64,000 nt of DNA from Pseudomonadota bacterium (GTDB taxonomy: Bacteria; Myxococcota; JACRCW01; JAFGSX01): the NCBI GenBank assembly GCA_043821645.1, contig JBDRCO010000072.1:32001-96000 (forward strand), in the 5' to 3' direction. Made by a program: the position numbers and the translations under genes. The notes beneath the pieces were generated by a model. The model saw only the letters and a list, made by a program, of their open reading frames with translations, did no database searches and had not been told where the DNA came from. Shown in pieces: positions 8,710-18,809 of the stretch (within the stretch, counting starts at the first letter, position 1; the number at the start of each line of letters is the position of its first letter).

Positions 8710-10257
8710 ATGCTCGAAGGGATGCGCAGGCACGCAAATTCGTTCATCACCACCGTGATGTTCGGGATCATCATCATCGTTTTCGTATTCAGCTTCGGGC
8801 CGGGCTCTGCGCGCTATTGCGGCAATGCGCTGCCCATGGCGGCCGCGGTCAATGGCCGCGCCATCACCGCCGCGGAGTTCCAGCAGCAATACGCTCGTAC
8901 TTTCGAGCGGATGCAGCAGTACCGGCCCAACTATTCTCTCGACACCGCCAAGGCCGAGAACCTGAAGAAGAGCGTGCTGGACCAGCTCATCGGGCGCGAA
9001 CTCCTGGTGCAGGAAGGCCAGCGCCGCGGGCTCACCATCGCCGACGAGGAACTGGCACGCGAGATCGTGAACATGCCGATGTTCCAGCAGGAAGGCGCGT
9101 TCGATCGCGACCTGTACCGCCGCTATGCGACCAGCCTCAACCTGTCCGAGGCCGGCTTCGAAGAGGAGCTGCGACGCGACCTGCTGGCCCAGCGCATGCG
9201 CGAGATCCTGCAGGACACCGTGGCCGTCAGCGGAACAGAGATCCGATCCCTGTGGGAGCGACGCAACAACCGCGCTGATCTGTGGTTCGTCAAGGTCGAT
9301 CCCTTTCATTTCCGCAAGGAGATCCAGGTCAGCGATGACGAGGCCAAGACCTTTGCCACGGAGCAGCGGGCCCGCGTCGAGGACAGCTACAACCAGCATG
9401 CCACCCGGTACAACAAGCCCGAGCGTGTGCGTGCGCGCCACATCCTGATCAAGGTCGCCGAGGATGCGCCCGATGCTGAGCAGCAAAAGGCCCAGCAGCG
9501 TATCGCCGAGGCCAAGAAGCGCATCGCGGATGGTGAGGACTTCGCTGCGGTGGCCAAGGCACTCAGTGAAGACTCGAGCGCGGCCCAGGGTGGCGACCTC
9601 GGCGCGCAGCCCCGCGGCTCCTGGGTCAAGCCCTTTGAAGACGCGGCCTTTGCTCTGGAGCCAGGCGCGGTCTCCGACGTGGTGCGCACCCAGTTCGGTT
9701 TTCACATCATCAAGGTGGACGCCAAGGTTGCGGCCGAAACCAAGACTGTCGACGAGGTGGCGGTGGAGATCGCCCGCGACGTCCTGACCGAGGATCGCGC
9801 CAAGGAGAAGGCCAAGGCGGCCGCCGAACTATGGCTGGCCCGGCTCAAGGACGCCGCGGATCCCGAGAGCCTCAATCCGCCGGCAGAGGATCAGAAGCCC
9901 GACCCCTTCGCGCCCAAGGTCGACAGTACCGGCACCTTCGAGAAGGACGCGCGCTACGTGCCCAAGGTCGGTATTGCCGGCGACCTGGCCACCAAGGCCT
10001 TCGAGCTCACCGTCGAGGCCCCGGTCCCGGCAGCCCCCATCGAGGTCCAGGGACGCTACTACGCGATCAAGCTCAAGGACCGGCAGATGCCGGATCCCGC
10101 CAGCTTCGACACGGACAAGGAGCGCCTGCGCACCGAGCTGATCTCGCGACGCCAGATGAGCGTGGTCGAGGACTTCATCAAGGTCCTGCGCGAGGTGGCG
10201 CGGGTCGAGCTCAACCCCGGCCTGGTCTCCTACGACGACGAGAGCAACCCCACCTGA
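8710..10257 (+). CDS. ppiD: PpiD/SurA-type membrane-anchored peptidyl-prolyl isomerase/chaperone
   Basis: N-terminal TM helix and SurA-N domain (AAVNG..I). Parvulin motifs RARHILI, FAAVAKALSED, GGDLG, FEDAAF and TQFGFHIIK. GGAG upstream of ATG 8710. Confidence 0.88.
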   Translation: MLEGMRRHANSFITTVMFGIIIIVFVFSFGPGSARYCGNALPMAAAVNGRAITAAEFQQQYARTFERMQQYRPNYSLDTAKAENLKKSVLDQLIGRELLVQEGQRRGLTIADEELAREIVNMPMFQQEGAFDRDLYRRYATSLNLSEAGFEEELRRDLLAQRMREILQDTVAVSGTEIRSLWERRNNRADLWFVKVDPFHFRKEIQVSDDEAKTFATEQRARVEDSYNQHATRYNKPERVRARHILIKVAEDAPDAEQQKAQQRIAEAKKRIADGEDFAAVAKALSEDSSAAQGGDLGAQPRGSWVKPFEDAAFALEPGAVSDVVRTQFGFHIIKVDAKVAAETKTVDEVAVEIARDVLTEDRAKEKAKAAAELWLARLKDAADPESLNPPAEDQKPDPFAPKVDSTGTFEKDARYVPKVGIAGDLATKAFELTVEAPVPAAPIEVQGRYYAIKLKDRQMPDPASFDTDKERLRTELISRRQMSVVEDFIKVLREVARVELNPGLVSYDDESNPT

Positions 10258-10877
10258 GCGAGGCAGACACGCGCGAGATCGAGCTCAAGCGTGGCCTGGC
10301 GGGCGAGGGTGCCTGGCTGCGCCTGTGCGCCCACCTCGGGGTCCCCGCGGCCGAGCGCCCGCAGCACAACCTGTTCGTCGACACCCGGGACGGTGCGCTG
10401 CGCGCGGCCAGCCTTGCGCTGCGGCTGCGGCGCGAACCTGGACGCGGCCTGATCACGGTCAAGGGCCCCGCCCGGCGCCACGGCGAGGTCGCGGACCGGC
10501 TCGAGATCGAGTGTGTGGTTGATGCCGAGCAGGCGCAGACGCTGTGGGATGAACCCGACCGCATGCGGGCACTCGACGCGGCTCCTATCCATCACCTGGG
10601 TACCCTGCTCGAGTCCGGGCCACTGTTGGAAGTAGCGCGCTTCACCAACCTGCGACGGAGCTATCCCTGGAGCGCAGCGGATCAGTCCCTGGTCCTCGAG
10701 GTGGATCGCACCCTGTTCACTGACGGCAGCGAGGACTTCGAGGTCGAGGTGGAGCTTCAGGATGCAGCGCTCGCGACGCCCGTGACCGCGGCCCTGCACG
10801 CCCTGCTCGACGTGATCGGCGTGGAGCACCAGGCCCAGCCCCTGAGTAAGCTGACTCGCGCCCTGCGCCACCGCTGA
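10254..10877 (+). CDS. CYTH-domain protein (triphosphate tunnel metalloenzyme fold)
   Basis: EIELK N-terminal motif, plus ALRLR, ITVKG, RLEIE, LEVD and FEVEVE. The only plausible start before EIELK is CTG 10254, which overlaps the ppiD stop. Confidence 0.8.
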   Translation: MSEADTREIELKRGLAGEGAWLRLCAHLGVPAAERPQHNLFVDTRDGALRAASLALRLRREPGRGLITVKGPARRHGEVADRLEIECVVDAEQAQTLWDEPDRMRALDAAPIHHLGTLLESGPLLEVARFTNLRRSYPWSAADQSLVLEVDRTLFTDGSEDFEVEVELQDAALATPVTAALHALLDVIGVEHQAQPLSKLTRALRHR

Positions 10878-10944
10878 GCGCCGGCCCATGACGGGCGCTG
10901 CGACTCTGACCTACAATGCCTCGCCTGAACCCGTCGGAGGTCGC

Positions 10945-11391
10945 ATGCCTGCCCTACTCGATACACTCCTCACCGACATCAAGACGGCCATGAAGGCCCA
11001 GGACAAAGTGCGCCTGCTGGCACTGCGGACCTTGCACTCGGAGATCAAGAACATCGGCATCAACGCCGGACGCGAGCTCACCGACGACGATGTGATCGCC
11101 GCCGTGGGCCGGGCCATCAAGCAGCGCCAGGATGCCATTGAGCAGTTCAAGGCTGGAGGACGCCAGGACCTGGTGCTCAAGGAAAGCGCAGAGATCGCGC
11201 TGTACCGCGCCTACCAGCCGGCCCAGCTCGACCGCGACGCGATCCTCGAGCTGACCCGCGCTTGCATCGCCGAGAGCGGTGCCTCGGGCAAGCAGGACCT
11301 GGGACGTGTGATGAAGCTGCTGATGCCCCAGGTCAAGGGTCGCGCCGACGGCAAGCTGGTCAACCAGATCGTGATGGAGCTGCTGGGCTGA
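10945..11391 (+). CDS. yqeY: GatB/YqeY domain protein
   Basis: IKTAMKAQDK, KQRQDAIEQF..GGRQDL, DLGRVM and KGRADGK. GGAGG Shine-Dalgarno (SD) at 10936-10940. Confidence 0.9.
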   Translation: MPALLDTLLTDIKTAMKAQDKVRLLALRTLHSEIKNIGINAGRELTDDDVIAAVGRAIKQRQDAIEQFKAGGRQDLVLKESAEIALYRAYQPAQLDRDAILELTRACIAESGASGKQDLGRVMKLLMPQVKGRADGKLVNQIVMELLG

Positions 11392-11426
11392 CGGATTTTG
11401 CCAGCGCCTGCGACCACGCGTCCTGC

Positions 11427-12524
11427 TCAGGGTCTCGTTGTGGGTGTCGCCGGTGGAGGAGACACCACCCGCCCCACAGCGCGTTGCTCGCGAGCCCAGG
11501 CCGCGTGCTTGCGGACTTCTTGCTCAGCGCTGCGATCGAGGGGTGAGAAGCCCCAGGCCGGCTCCAGCGGCCGCGGTGGCGTACCGTCCGCCCCGGTGTC
11601 GATCTGCCAGAACAACACACCGACGATGCGCGGTGCCTTGCGCAGAGCCTGCAGCAGGGCTCGGTAGGCGCGGAGCTGGGCGTCCGCGTCGACGGGCATG
11701 GTACCGCTCGCCGGCCAGACCCAGGGCTCGCGCGCGTTGTCCGTGGTGGCCTTGTAGCCGGCCTCGATGAGCAGCACGGGGCGGGCAAACCGCGTGGCCA
11801 GGCCCGTGAGTTCCTGCACCATGGCCGCGGCCCCGAGGTCCAGTTCCCGGGGCGTGGGCCGCAGCGAGGCCGTGAGGGGGGCGAATCCATTGACCGAGAT
11901 GAAGTCGAGCTGGTCCCAGAATCGCACCTGCGCCACCTCATCCCAGTTGGCGCTGTAGGTCAGGAGCCCCGAGAAGCGAGACCGCAGGCGCCCGATGAGC
12001 GCAAAGAAGCGCGCATCGTTCGCCGGGTCGGCGGTGAGACCCTTGAGCTCGACGCCGAAGGACAGCCCGTCGACACCGGCCTGCTCGGCGCGCGTCGCCA
12101 CCTCGTCGATGAACGCGCCGTAGCCATCGAAGAACGCCCGGGCCCTGGCGGCACTGCGGCGAAGGTCGCCGCGCCAGAGATCGCCATCTATCCACAGGTG
12201 TGGGACCACCAGAACCTGCAGACCTCGACGGTGCGCGTGGTCGGTCAGGCGCCTGAGCTGTGCGGCATCCGGCAGCGCCGGCGCCCGCGGGGAATCGTCA
12301 TCGAGGCCACGCAGGCGTGCCGCCAGCACCAGGGCCACGCAGCTGGCTCCGGTGTCGGCCAGGCGATCCAGGCGCGCGAGCACTGCCTGGCTGCCAAAGC
12401 CTCGCCCCTCCTCGTTCTCGACCAGGTTGAAGCCCACGGCCGGCACGGCGAGCTGGCGAGGAGCGAACACGGGTGTGGTGGGCACCAGCAAGGCGACGGC
12501 GCTCAGGATCAGGCCCCGCGTCAA
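11427..12524 (-). CDS. Secreted GH113-like TIM-barrel glycoside hydrolase
   Basis: Signal peptide, WRG, GVEL (putative acid/base Glu), TYSANWDE, FWDQLDFI and IEAGY (putative nucleophile Glu). TTG start overlaps the PilZ gene stop. Confidence 0.75.
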   Translation of the reverse strand: MTRGLILSAVALLVPTTPVFAPRQLAVPAVGFNLVENEEGRGFGSQAVLARLDRLADTGASCVALVLAARLRGLDDDSPRAPALPDAAQLRRLTDHAHRRGLQVLVVPHLWIDGDLWRGDLRRSAARARAFFDGYGAFIDEVATRAEQAGVDGLSFGVELKGLTADPANDARFFALIGRLRSRFSGLLTYSANWDEVAQVRFWDQLDFISVNGFAPLTASLRPTPRELDLGAAAMVQELTGLATRFARPVLLIEAGYKATTDNAREPWVWPASGTMPVDADAQLRAYRALLQALRKAPRIVGVLFWQIDTGADGTPPRPLEPAWGFSPLDRSAEQEVRKHAAWAREQRAVGRVVSPPPATPTTRP

Positions 12525-13207
12525 CGCGGGACCTGGATACGCATGTCCTTGATGATGGAGTCCTTGAGCTTGTCCACGATGTCCTCGATTTTGCGACGCT
12601 GGCGCTGGTTTCCGAACTGGAACTTGACGCCCATTCCACGCCTCGCCCCGCTCTTCGAGGCCCAGGCCACGGTGCCGCGCAGGCGCAGCCCCATCAGATA
12701 GCCCGGAGGTTTGAGCTTGAGCTCCAGCTCGGTCCCCACGTCGAGGACGTTGTCGGTGGCGATGAACACGCCGCCAACGGACAGGTCATCTGCCATGTCC
12801 GACAGGAAGCGAGAATCCGAGGCATACGAGATGCTCAGGGCCACAGGCAGCCGGTGCGAGGCCCGAACCGTGAAGTCCACCTCGCGACCGCGCGCGAAGT
12901 CCAGCACGAGATCGCGGGCCTGGCGCTCGCCGTCGTCGAACTCGACGCCTATGCCCGGAGGCATGGAGCTGCGACCGCTGCGTACGCGGCGCCAACGCAC
13001 CGAACCCTTGAGGCGAAAGGCCTTTTGCTCCTCGAGAAAATTGATCTCGATGTAGAGCATCTCGCCGACATCGAAGGCCACCTCGCCCTGCACGAACACA
13101 CCGTCGGCACCGTCGCGGTGGTAGTACACCTCGAACAGCTGGTGGCGGTTGCGCAGGGGAACGAGCAGCGTCGGGATCTGTGTCGTCATCTGGACCGGCC
13201 GGCTCAA
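12521..13207 (-). CDS. Tandem PilZ-domain protein (myxobacterial TIGR02266-like)
   Basis: Two PilZ folds (G.VRW...GIGVEF; G.VAW...GMGVKF). The second has RASHR (RxxxR) and DLSVGG. Confidence 0.85.
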   Translation of the reverse strand: MSRPVQMTTQIPTLLVPLRNRHQLFEVYYHRDGADGVFVQGEVAFDVGEMLYIEINFLEEQKAFRLKGSVRWRRVRSGRSSMPPGIGVEFDDGERQARDLVLDFARGREVDFTVRASHRLPVALSISYASDSRFLSDMADDLSVGGVFIATDNVLDVGTELELKLKPPGYLMGLRLRGTVAWASKSGARRGMGVKFQFGNQRQRRKIEDIVDKLKDSIIKDMRIQVPR

Positions 13208-15180
13208 GGAAGCAGCGGCCGCAGGAACAACAGTAGGCGGCTCGCCAGCAAGCGTCGGGCATCCACGCGAGGGGCCGCGCTGGCCACGTAGGCCACGCTC
13301 GGCGTCACGGCCACGGCGGTATCGAAACCAAAGGCACCCTCGGCGAGCAGGCGCTCCCGGCGCCAGGTCCCGGTCTGGGCGTCGCGCCGGGCCATGGCGA
13401 GGTCCATGAACGAGGCGTCCTGGTACACGACCACCGCGGATCCATCGGGCAGGTAGCCCATGGCTGCGTCCGCACCCACGAAGGACACACCCGGTGGGTG
13501 AGCCGCGCCGTCCTCGATCACCTCGAAGCCGCCCCCGTGCAGGTCGACACCGCGGTAGAAGCGCAGGGTATGGCGCGTCACATCCTCGTAGGCCACGCCC
13601 AGGGTGTTGCTGACGCCGTCGAAGGCCACGGAGGCGAAGCGCCCGACGTCACCACCGTGGCGACCATCCACGCCGTCGCCGTTGATGACCACAGGCGCCT
13701 GTGGCCCCGTGGCCGAGATGCGGGCGCCGCGCAGGTCCCCGCGCAAGCCATCGTAGTACACGACCACGTCGTCCGTGGCGGTCCGGATGAGGCTCGCAAA
13801 CAGGCCCACACCGCGGGGCAGACCGGCCAGATCCGGTGGCAGCGTGGCCTTGCACCTCGGGTTCCCGCCGTCGTCGACACAGGACTGACCGCTGGCACAA
13901 CCGGGCTGGCAGTCGCTCCGCGGTTGACCGCAACCCGGCGCACCATTCTCCAGCACGCATACCCGGCTGGCGCCGCAGCTGTCGTCGCAGGGATCGCGGA
14001 CCTCGGCGGTCTCGACGGTGCTCAGCTGCCAGTCGGCACTGCTCTGCGGGTGCTCGTTGCGGGACGTTGCCACGCGCAGGGCCGTGGCGGCGTGGCCATT
14101 GAGCGTCAGGCCGCTGACCATGTAGGCCACGCGCAGGCGTCCGCTGACAGGATCCAGCACCATGGAGGCGTAGCGTCCTGCGTCGCGCTCGGCGTCGACC
14201 ACGTGGACGGACCAGCCCCCCGAGGCCAGGTCGAACAGGGCCATGCGCAGGTCGCCGTTGTCCTGATCGTAGTAGGCCACCCGCGGCTCGCCGCGGCCGT
14301 TGACCACCAACGAGGTGTACAGGCCCACATCAGGGCCGGGTGTGATGATGCCGCGACGCGGGCCATTGGGATCGCCGCCGAGTTCGCCGGTGGCGGGCAC
14401 GCCGTCGACGTAGGAGAGCCACTTGAGATCGGCCTGGCTGGTGTAGTGTGCCACCACCAGATCCCCGAAGGTCTCGTCATAGGCAGAGACCAGCACCTCG
14501 CCGGCCCCCACGGCCACCGACGCGAAGCGCCCGACCACGCCAGGTTGCAGCGGTGGCAGCGAGGCGCAGTGGCAAATTACCGGGCAGCAGATGTCCCCGG
14601 TCATGACATCGGGATTCTCCAGCACCAGCAGCTGACCCGGCGCACAGCTGAGGCCACTGCAGCCCTTCTGTTTGTCGACGGGATGGCAGCGATTGCTGCC
14701 GACCTCACACACCTGGCCGTCGGGGCAGGTGCCGCTGCACGGCGCCCGCGCCACGCACCAGTTCTTGAAACAGGAGGCGCCGGGCGCACACTCGTCGTCG
14801 CGACGGCAGGCTTGGTAGCGGCAGACTCCCGCGGTGGCGCCGCTCTCCCGGACGCAGTACAGCGCTGGATCGTGCAGCCGATCCAGGCAGTCGATGTCGG
14901 TCTGGCACTCGTACTCGAGCAGGATGGTATTGGCCTGGCAGGCGTTCGAGGCCACGTTGCAGTAGGTCCCCGGGCAGCACTCGGCATCGTCCTCGCAGTA
15001 GGTCGACACGCAGGTGCCGTAGCGGTAGGCCTGGTTGGTCTTGCAGCTGGTGGCCAGGTCACAGGTGGCCTTGGGGATCTCGACCAGATCGTCCTCGCAG
15101 TCGCAGCCACCCGCCGCCGCGATCGCGAACAACATCGAGGACAGGCCGAGCCGGAGGGTCGTCTTGGTCACGCGTCGCAT
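13204..15180 (-). CDS. Cys-rich lipoprotein with a beta-propeller-like C-terminal region
   Basis: Lipobox-like AAAGGC. Cys-rich N-terminal part. Repeated blades (D/V)G(R/L)(F/Y)(A/T)S...VAYYD...DL. Start re-chosen at ATG 15180. Confidence 0.75.
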   Translation of the reverse strand: MRRVTKTTLRLGLSSMLFAIAAAGGCDCEDDLVEIPKATCDLATSCKTNQAYRYGTCVSTYCEDDAECCPGTYCNVASNACQANTILLEYECQTDIDCLDRLHDPALYCVRESGATAGVCRYQACRRDDECAPGASCFKNWCVARAPCSGTCPDGQVCEVGSNRCHPVDKQKGCSGLSCAPGQLLVLENPDVMTGDICCPVICHCASLPPLQPGVVGRFASVAVGAGEVLVSAYDETFGDLVVAHYTSQADLKWLSYVDGVPATGELGGDPNGPRRGIITPGPDVGLYTSLVVNGRGEPRVAYYDQDNGDLRMALFDLASGGWSVHVVDAERDAGRYASMVLDPVSGRLRVAYMVSGLTLNGHAATALRVATSRNEHPQSSADWQLSTVETAEVRDPCDDSCGASRVCVLENGAPGCGQPRSDCQPGCASGQSCVDDGGNPRCKATLPPDLAGLPRGVGLFASLIRTATDDVVVYYDGLRGDLRGARISATGPQAPVVINGDGVDGRHGGDVGRFASVAFDGVSNTLGVAYEDVTRHTLRFYRGVDLHGGGFEVIEDGAAHPPGVSFVGADAAMGYLPDGSAVVVYQDASFMDLAMARRDAQTGTWRRERLLAEGAFGFDTAVAVTPSVAYVASAAPRVDARRLLASRLLLFLRPLLP

Positions 15181-15332
15181 GGCATCCCACCCTGCAATAT
15201 CGCAGGCACTTCCATGATCCATGGGCAGGCTAACACAGGAGCTGCGGGATCAGCCAGCCAAGCCGGGCAGGACACGGGGCTTCGTGGCGCCCTGAAGTCG
15301 TAGAATCCGGGACAGGGTCGGGGACCGGGTCG

Positions 15333-18300
15333 TCAGTAGGCGCAGGAGAGCCCACCGACGGCGCCGCAGGCGTTGGCGCGGGTCGGAGCGACGATGCCCG
15401 TGCACCCGGCGCCCTCCCACTGGAAGTCGCGAACGAACCACCAGTCTCCCGGATGCATGGTCGGGCTGTTGACCATGGTCGTCTGTTGGCCGCTCGCTGT
15501 CTTGCAGTACATGCGAACCTTGACTGTGGTGTCCGCGCCACCATCAGAGCCGAAGTAATGCACGGCCACCGTGTAGCGCTGGTTATTGCCCAGAGGAATG
15601 GCCCTGCTGGGCACCGGCACGGAGATGCTCTCGGGGGTGCACACCGTGCGCGAACCGTCAGCATAGCAGCCACGTCTGTTGTCGACGTCGAGGGTGGGGT
15701 CCTCATTGCCGTAGGTCGCGACTCCCCAGTTCGTGGGAAATGTCGGTAATACACATGCAGCCTGCCCAGGCACCACCACCTTGCAGGCGTTGCAGCCGGA
15801 CCAGTGGCAGTCCCGCAGAGCGGTCGCGGCGTTGCTTCCATAGCTGTCGCAGATCCAGTAGGGCACCTCGTTGTCGATGACGGTGTCGTCGCCGTAGGGG
15901 CACCACCAGTTGGTCCCGTAGTAGTAGTTCTGTTCGGCGTAGTCCCAGGCGTGGCCCCAAGCCCAGCTGCCACCAACCGGGCCCAGCAAGTGCAGGTCCA
16001 TATCCACATTGCTCGCCGACATGATCATGGTGACGTTGAGCTCATCTGTCGGAGGCGGAATGTTGATCGCGTACGGGCAGACCTGGTCGGGTACCGTCGG
16101 ATCGGGATGCGACATGGTGAGCCGCAACGTGTAGTCGCCAAACAGCACGGGCTCGAAGGTCACGGCGTTGGTCGACACACCTGACAGGGCCAGGCTCGAA
16201 TTCCCACCCGCTGGGTCACTGATCAGCGACCACGACATCCGGAGGTTGGCGTCGTCGCTGTCGATCGCCACCGGCACGGTCAGGGTCACGGGCTCGAAAA
16301 GCACCGGCGGCACCGGCGCGTGCGACTTGGCCGCGCAGTTCATGGTCGACAGGCCCTCGTCGATGTAGCCGTCGCAATCGTTATCGATGCCGTCGTTGCT
16401 CTCGCTGAGGGCGCGGTTGCGCAGAGCATTGCTATCCGCACAGTCGTCGTCGCTGCCATAGGTACCGCCCTGCCAGATATCGTCGGCACCGCACTTGGGC
16501 GTGGCGTCACCGTCGACGTTGATGCGGTCCTGGATGCAGTGCAGCGTGTTGTCGCAGCGTGGGTTGGTGAAGCACTCGCTGTTGGTGAGCGCGCACACCG
16601 GCGGGTTGCGAGTCTTGCAGCCCCCGGTCTGGGCATTGGTGTCGCAGTAGGCCTCGCCCTGGCACCAGGTCGCCGTGCAGCGCTCGTCGTGGGCCACCAC
16701 CTGGGCCGCGCCTCCGCTGCAGATGTGATCGGTGCAGGCGAGCGTGTCCTGGGGCGGGGTCTCGAGGTCGTTGGCCGCCCACGAGATCCCGCTGGCGGTG
16801 CACACGTCGCTTCGACAGTCGGTGGTCGAGGCCTGGGGCGGCGTCTCGGCGTCTGTCCACTCTGACACCGGGCTGCCGCTGAGGCAGATCTCGCGCTTGC
16901 AGTCGTCTGCGGCGTTCTGGGGCGGGGTCTCGGAGTCGTTGTTGGCCAGGCCGACGGTGCCATTGGCACTGCACACCTGGCGCTTGCAGTCGTCCGTCGC
17001 GGTCTGCGGCGGCACCTCGGTGCTGTCGGGGATCCAGTCCAGTCCCCCCAGGCACACGTCGGTGTGGCAGTCGGTGGCCGAGGCCTGGGGTGGAGTCTCG
17101 CCGTCGTTGTCGATGGAGGTGACGACACCGCCCAGGCAGATCTCCACCTTGCAGTCGTCGGGTGCGAGCTGAGGAGGTGTCTCGCCGTCGTCATCGACCG
17201 TGGCCGGGGCACCGCCCTGGCAGACCTGGCGCTTGCAGTCGTTGTTCGCCACCTGGGGCAAACTCTCGGCGTTGTCCGCCTGCGATATCACCGAGCCGCC
17301 CTGACAGATCTCGCGCTTGCAGTCCTGGCTCGAGATCTGCGGCGGGGACTCGGTGTCGTCGGCGACCGTGCGAATGGCGCCGGTGTCGCAGATCTGCTTG
17401 TAGCAGTCGGTGCTGGAGCCCTGAGGGGGCAGCAGGGTGTTGTCGTTGAAGTTGATGCAGCCGTTGGCCGTGCACTGGTCATTGGTGCAGGCGTTGTTGT
17501 CGGCGCAGGAGGCGTGGTTGTACTGCACGTTGAGGTTGCCGGCCTGGCAGGTGACCTGGGTGCAGGCGATACCGTCGTCGGAAGGCAGATCGCCGTCGTT
17601 GGGGGTCTGCACCACGTGACCGGCCGAGCACACCGCGGTGCGACAGTCGCCGGCGAGCTGGGGAGGCAGGGTGGCGTCGTTGGCCTCGTTCTGGCAGCCC
17701 AGGGTTCCGTCGCACCGATCGTTGGTGCACAGTTCGCCGTCGTCGCACGCGCTGTCGTCGGGTTCGTGGACCACGCGGTCCGTCCCCTCGTCGCAGCGGT
17801 CCACGGTGCAGGCGATGCGATCGTCGAGCACCGGAACGTCCTCGATCAGGCAACCCAGGGTGATGCTGCAGACGTCGCGACCCGTGCACCACAGGGCATC
17901 GTCGCAGTCGACGTCCTCGCGGCAGCCGGCGTGACGCACGCACACATTGTCGACGCAGGCCTGGTCCGCGGGGCAGTCGTCGTGGTCGGCGCAGACGCCG
18001 TTGCGCTCGCAGACCCCGGCCTGGCAGTGCTGGTCGATGGGACAGTCATTGTTGCCGGTGCAGGGGTCATTGCGCTCGCACACGCCGCTGTCGCCGCAGT
18101 GCTGATCGATGGGGCAGTCGCCGTTGTCCGTGCAGGCGTCGTTGCGACTGCACACCCCGTCGATGCAGGCCTGGGTCAGGGGGCAGTCACCGTCGTCCTG
18201 GCAGGTGGTGTTGCGCTCGCACAATCCAGCGTCGCCACAGTGCTGATCGTCCGGGCACTGGTCGTCGCCAGTGCACGCGGGGTTGTGCACGCAGGCCCCG

Positions 18301-18644
18301 TCCTCGCAGTGGGCCTCGGGCGGGCAGGTCGTGTCGTCGCTGCACGCTCCCATGCGCGTGCAGCGTCCATCGACACAGGTCTGGTCCGGTGGGCAATCCG
18401 CGGCCTCGGTGCAGGCGTCGTTGGCCACGCAGAAACCACCCTGGCAACTCTGGTCAGACGCGCAGTCCTCGCTCGTCGAGCAGTCGGTGACCACGCGACA
18501 GGCGCTGTCGATGCAGCGCATGCCGTCCCCGCAATCGCCGTCCTCCAGACAGGCCGCGCCCTCCTCCAGACTGGTGACCAGCGAGGACCGTGCGCACCCT
18601 GCCCCGAACACCAGCGAGACCAGGAACGCGACATGCCATCTCAT
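15333..18644 (-). CDS. Large Cys-rich repeat lipoprotein with a C-terminal YfaP/DUF2135-like domain
   Basis: Lipobox FGAGC. Nine 4-Cys repeats and about ten PPQ..DC...C repeats. One DGIDNDCDG unit. C-terminal DMDLHL...LDVDN...PESI...YTVAVHYF. Confidence 0.85.
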   Translation of the reverse strand: MRWHVAFLVSLVFGAGCARSSLVTSLEEGAACLEDGDCGDGMRCIDSACRVVTDCSTSEDCASDQSCQGGFCVANDACTEAADCPPDQTCVDGRCTRMGACSDDTTCPPEAHCEDGACVHNPACTGDDQCPDDQHCGDAGLCERNTTCQDDGDCPLTQACIDGVCSRNDACTDNGDCPIDQHCGDSGVCERNDPCTGNNDCPIDQHCQAGVCERNGVCADHDDCPADQACVDNVCVRHAGCREDVDCDDALWCTGRDVCSITLGCLIEDVPVLDDRIACTVDRCDEGTDRVVHEPDDSACDDGELCTNDRCDGTLGCQNEANDATLPPQLAGDCRTAVCSAGHVVQTPNDGDLPSDDGIACTQVTCQAGNLNVQYNHASCADNNACTNDQCTANGCINFNDNTLLPPQGSSTDCYKQICDTGAIRTVADDTESPPQISSQDCKREICQGGSVISQADNAESLPQVANNDCKRQVCQGGAPATVDDDGETPPQLAPDDCKVEICLGGVVTSIDNDGETPPQASATDCHTDVCLGGLDWIPDSTEVPPQTATDDCKRQVCSANGTVGLANNDSETPPQNAADDCKREICLSGSPVSEWTDAETPPQASTTDCRSDVCTASGISWAANDLETPPQDTLACTDHICSGGAAQVVAHDERCTATWCQGEAYCDTNAQTGGCKTRNPPVCALTNSECFTNPRCDNTLHCIQDRINVDGDATPKCGADDIWQGGTYGSDDDCADSNALRNRALSESNDGIDNDCDGYIDEGLSTMNCAAKSHAPVPPVLFEPVTLTVPVAIDSDDANLRMSWSLISDPAGGNSSLALSGVSTNAVTFEPVLFGDYTLRLTMSHPDPTVPDQVCPYAINIPPPTDELNVTMIMSASNVDMDLHLLGPVGGSWAWGHAWDYAEQNYYYGTNWWCPYGDDTVIDNEVPYWICDSYGSNAATALRDCHWSGCNACKVVVPGQAACVLPTFPTNWGVATYGNEDPTLDVDNRRGCYADGSRTVCTPESISVPVPSRAIPLGNNQRYTVAVHYFGSDGGADTTVKVRMYCKTASGQQTTMVNSPTMHPGDWWFVRDFQWEGAGCTGIVAPTRANACGAVGGLSCAY

Positions 18645-18809
18645 GAGTCACCTCTGCCATTGATCTTGGACCGTCCACACCTTATCGGCCTGCGGTCGCA
18701 CCCGGTTGTGCCGCGACCCGGTCCCGGTCCGGTCCAGCATGTGCCTGGAATTTTAATGGCTTTGCGCAGGATCCGCCAATAAGCCAGGAATCTTGCCTCA
18801 GCTGCCCGA

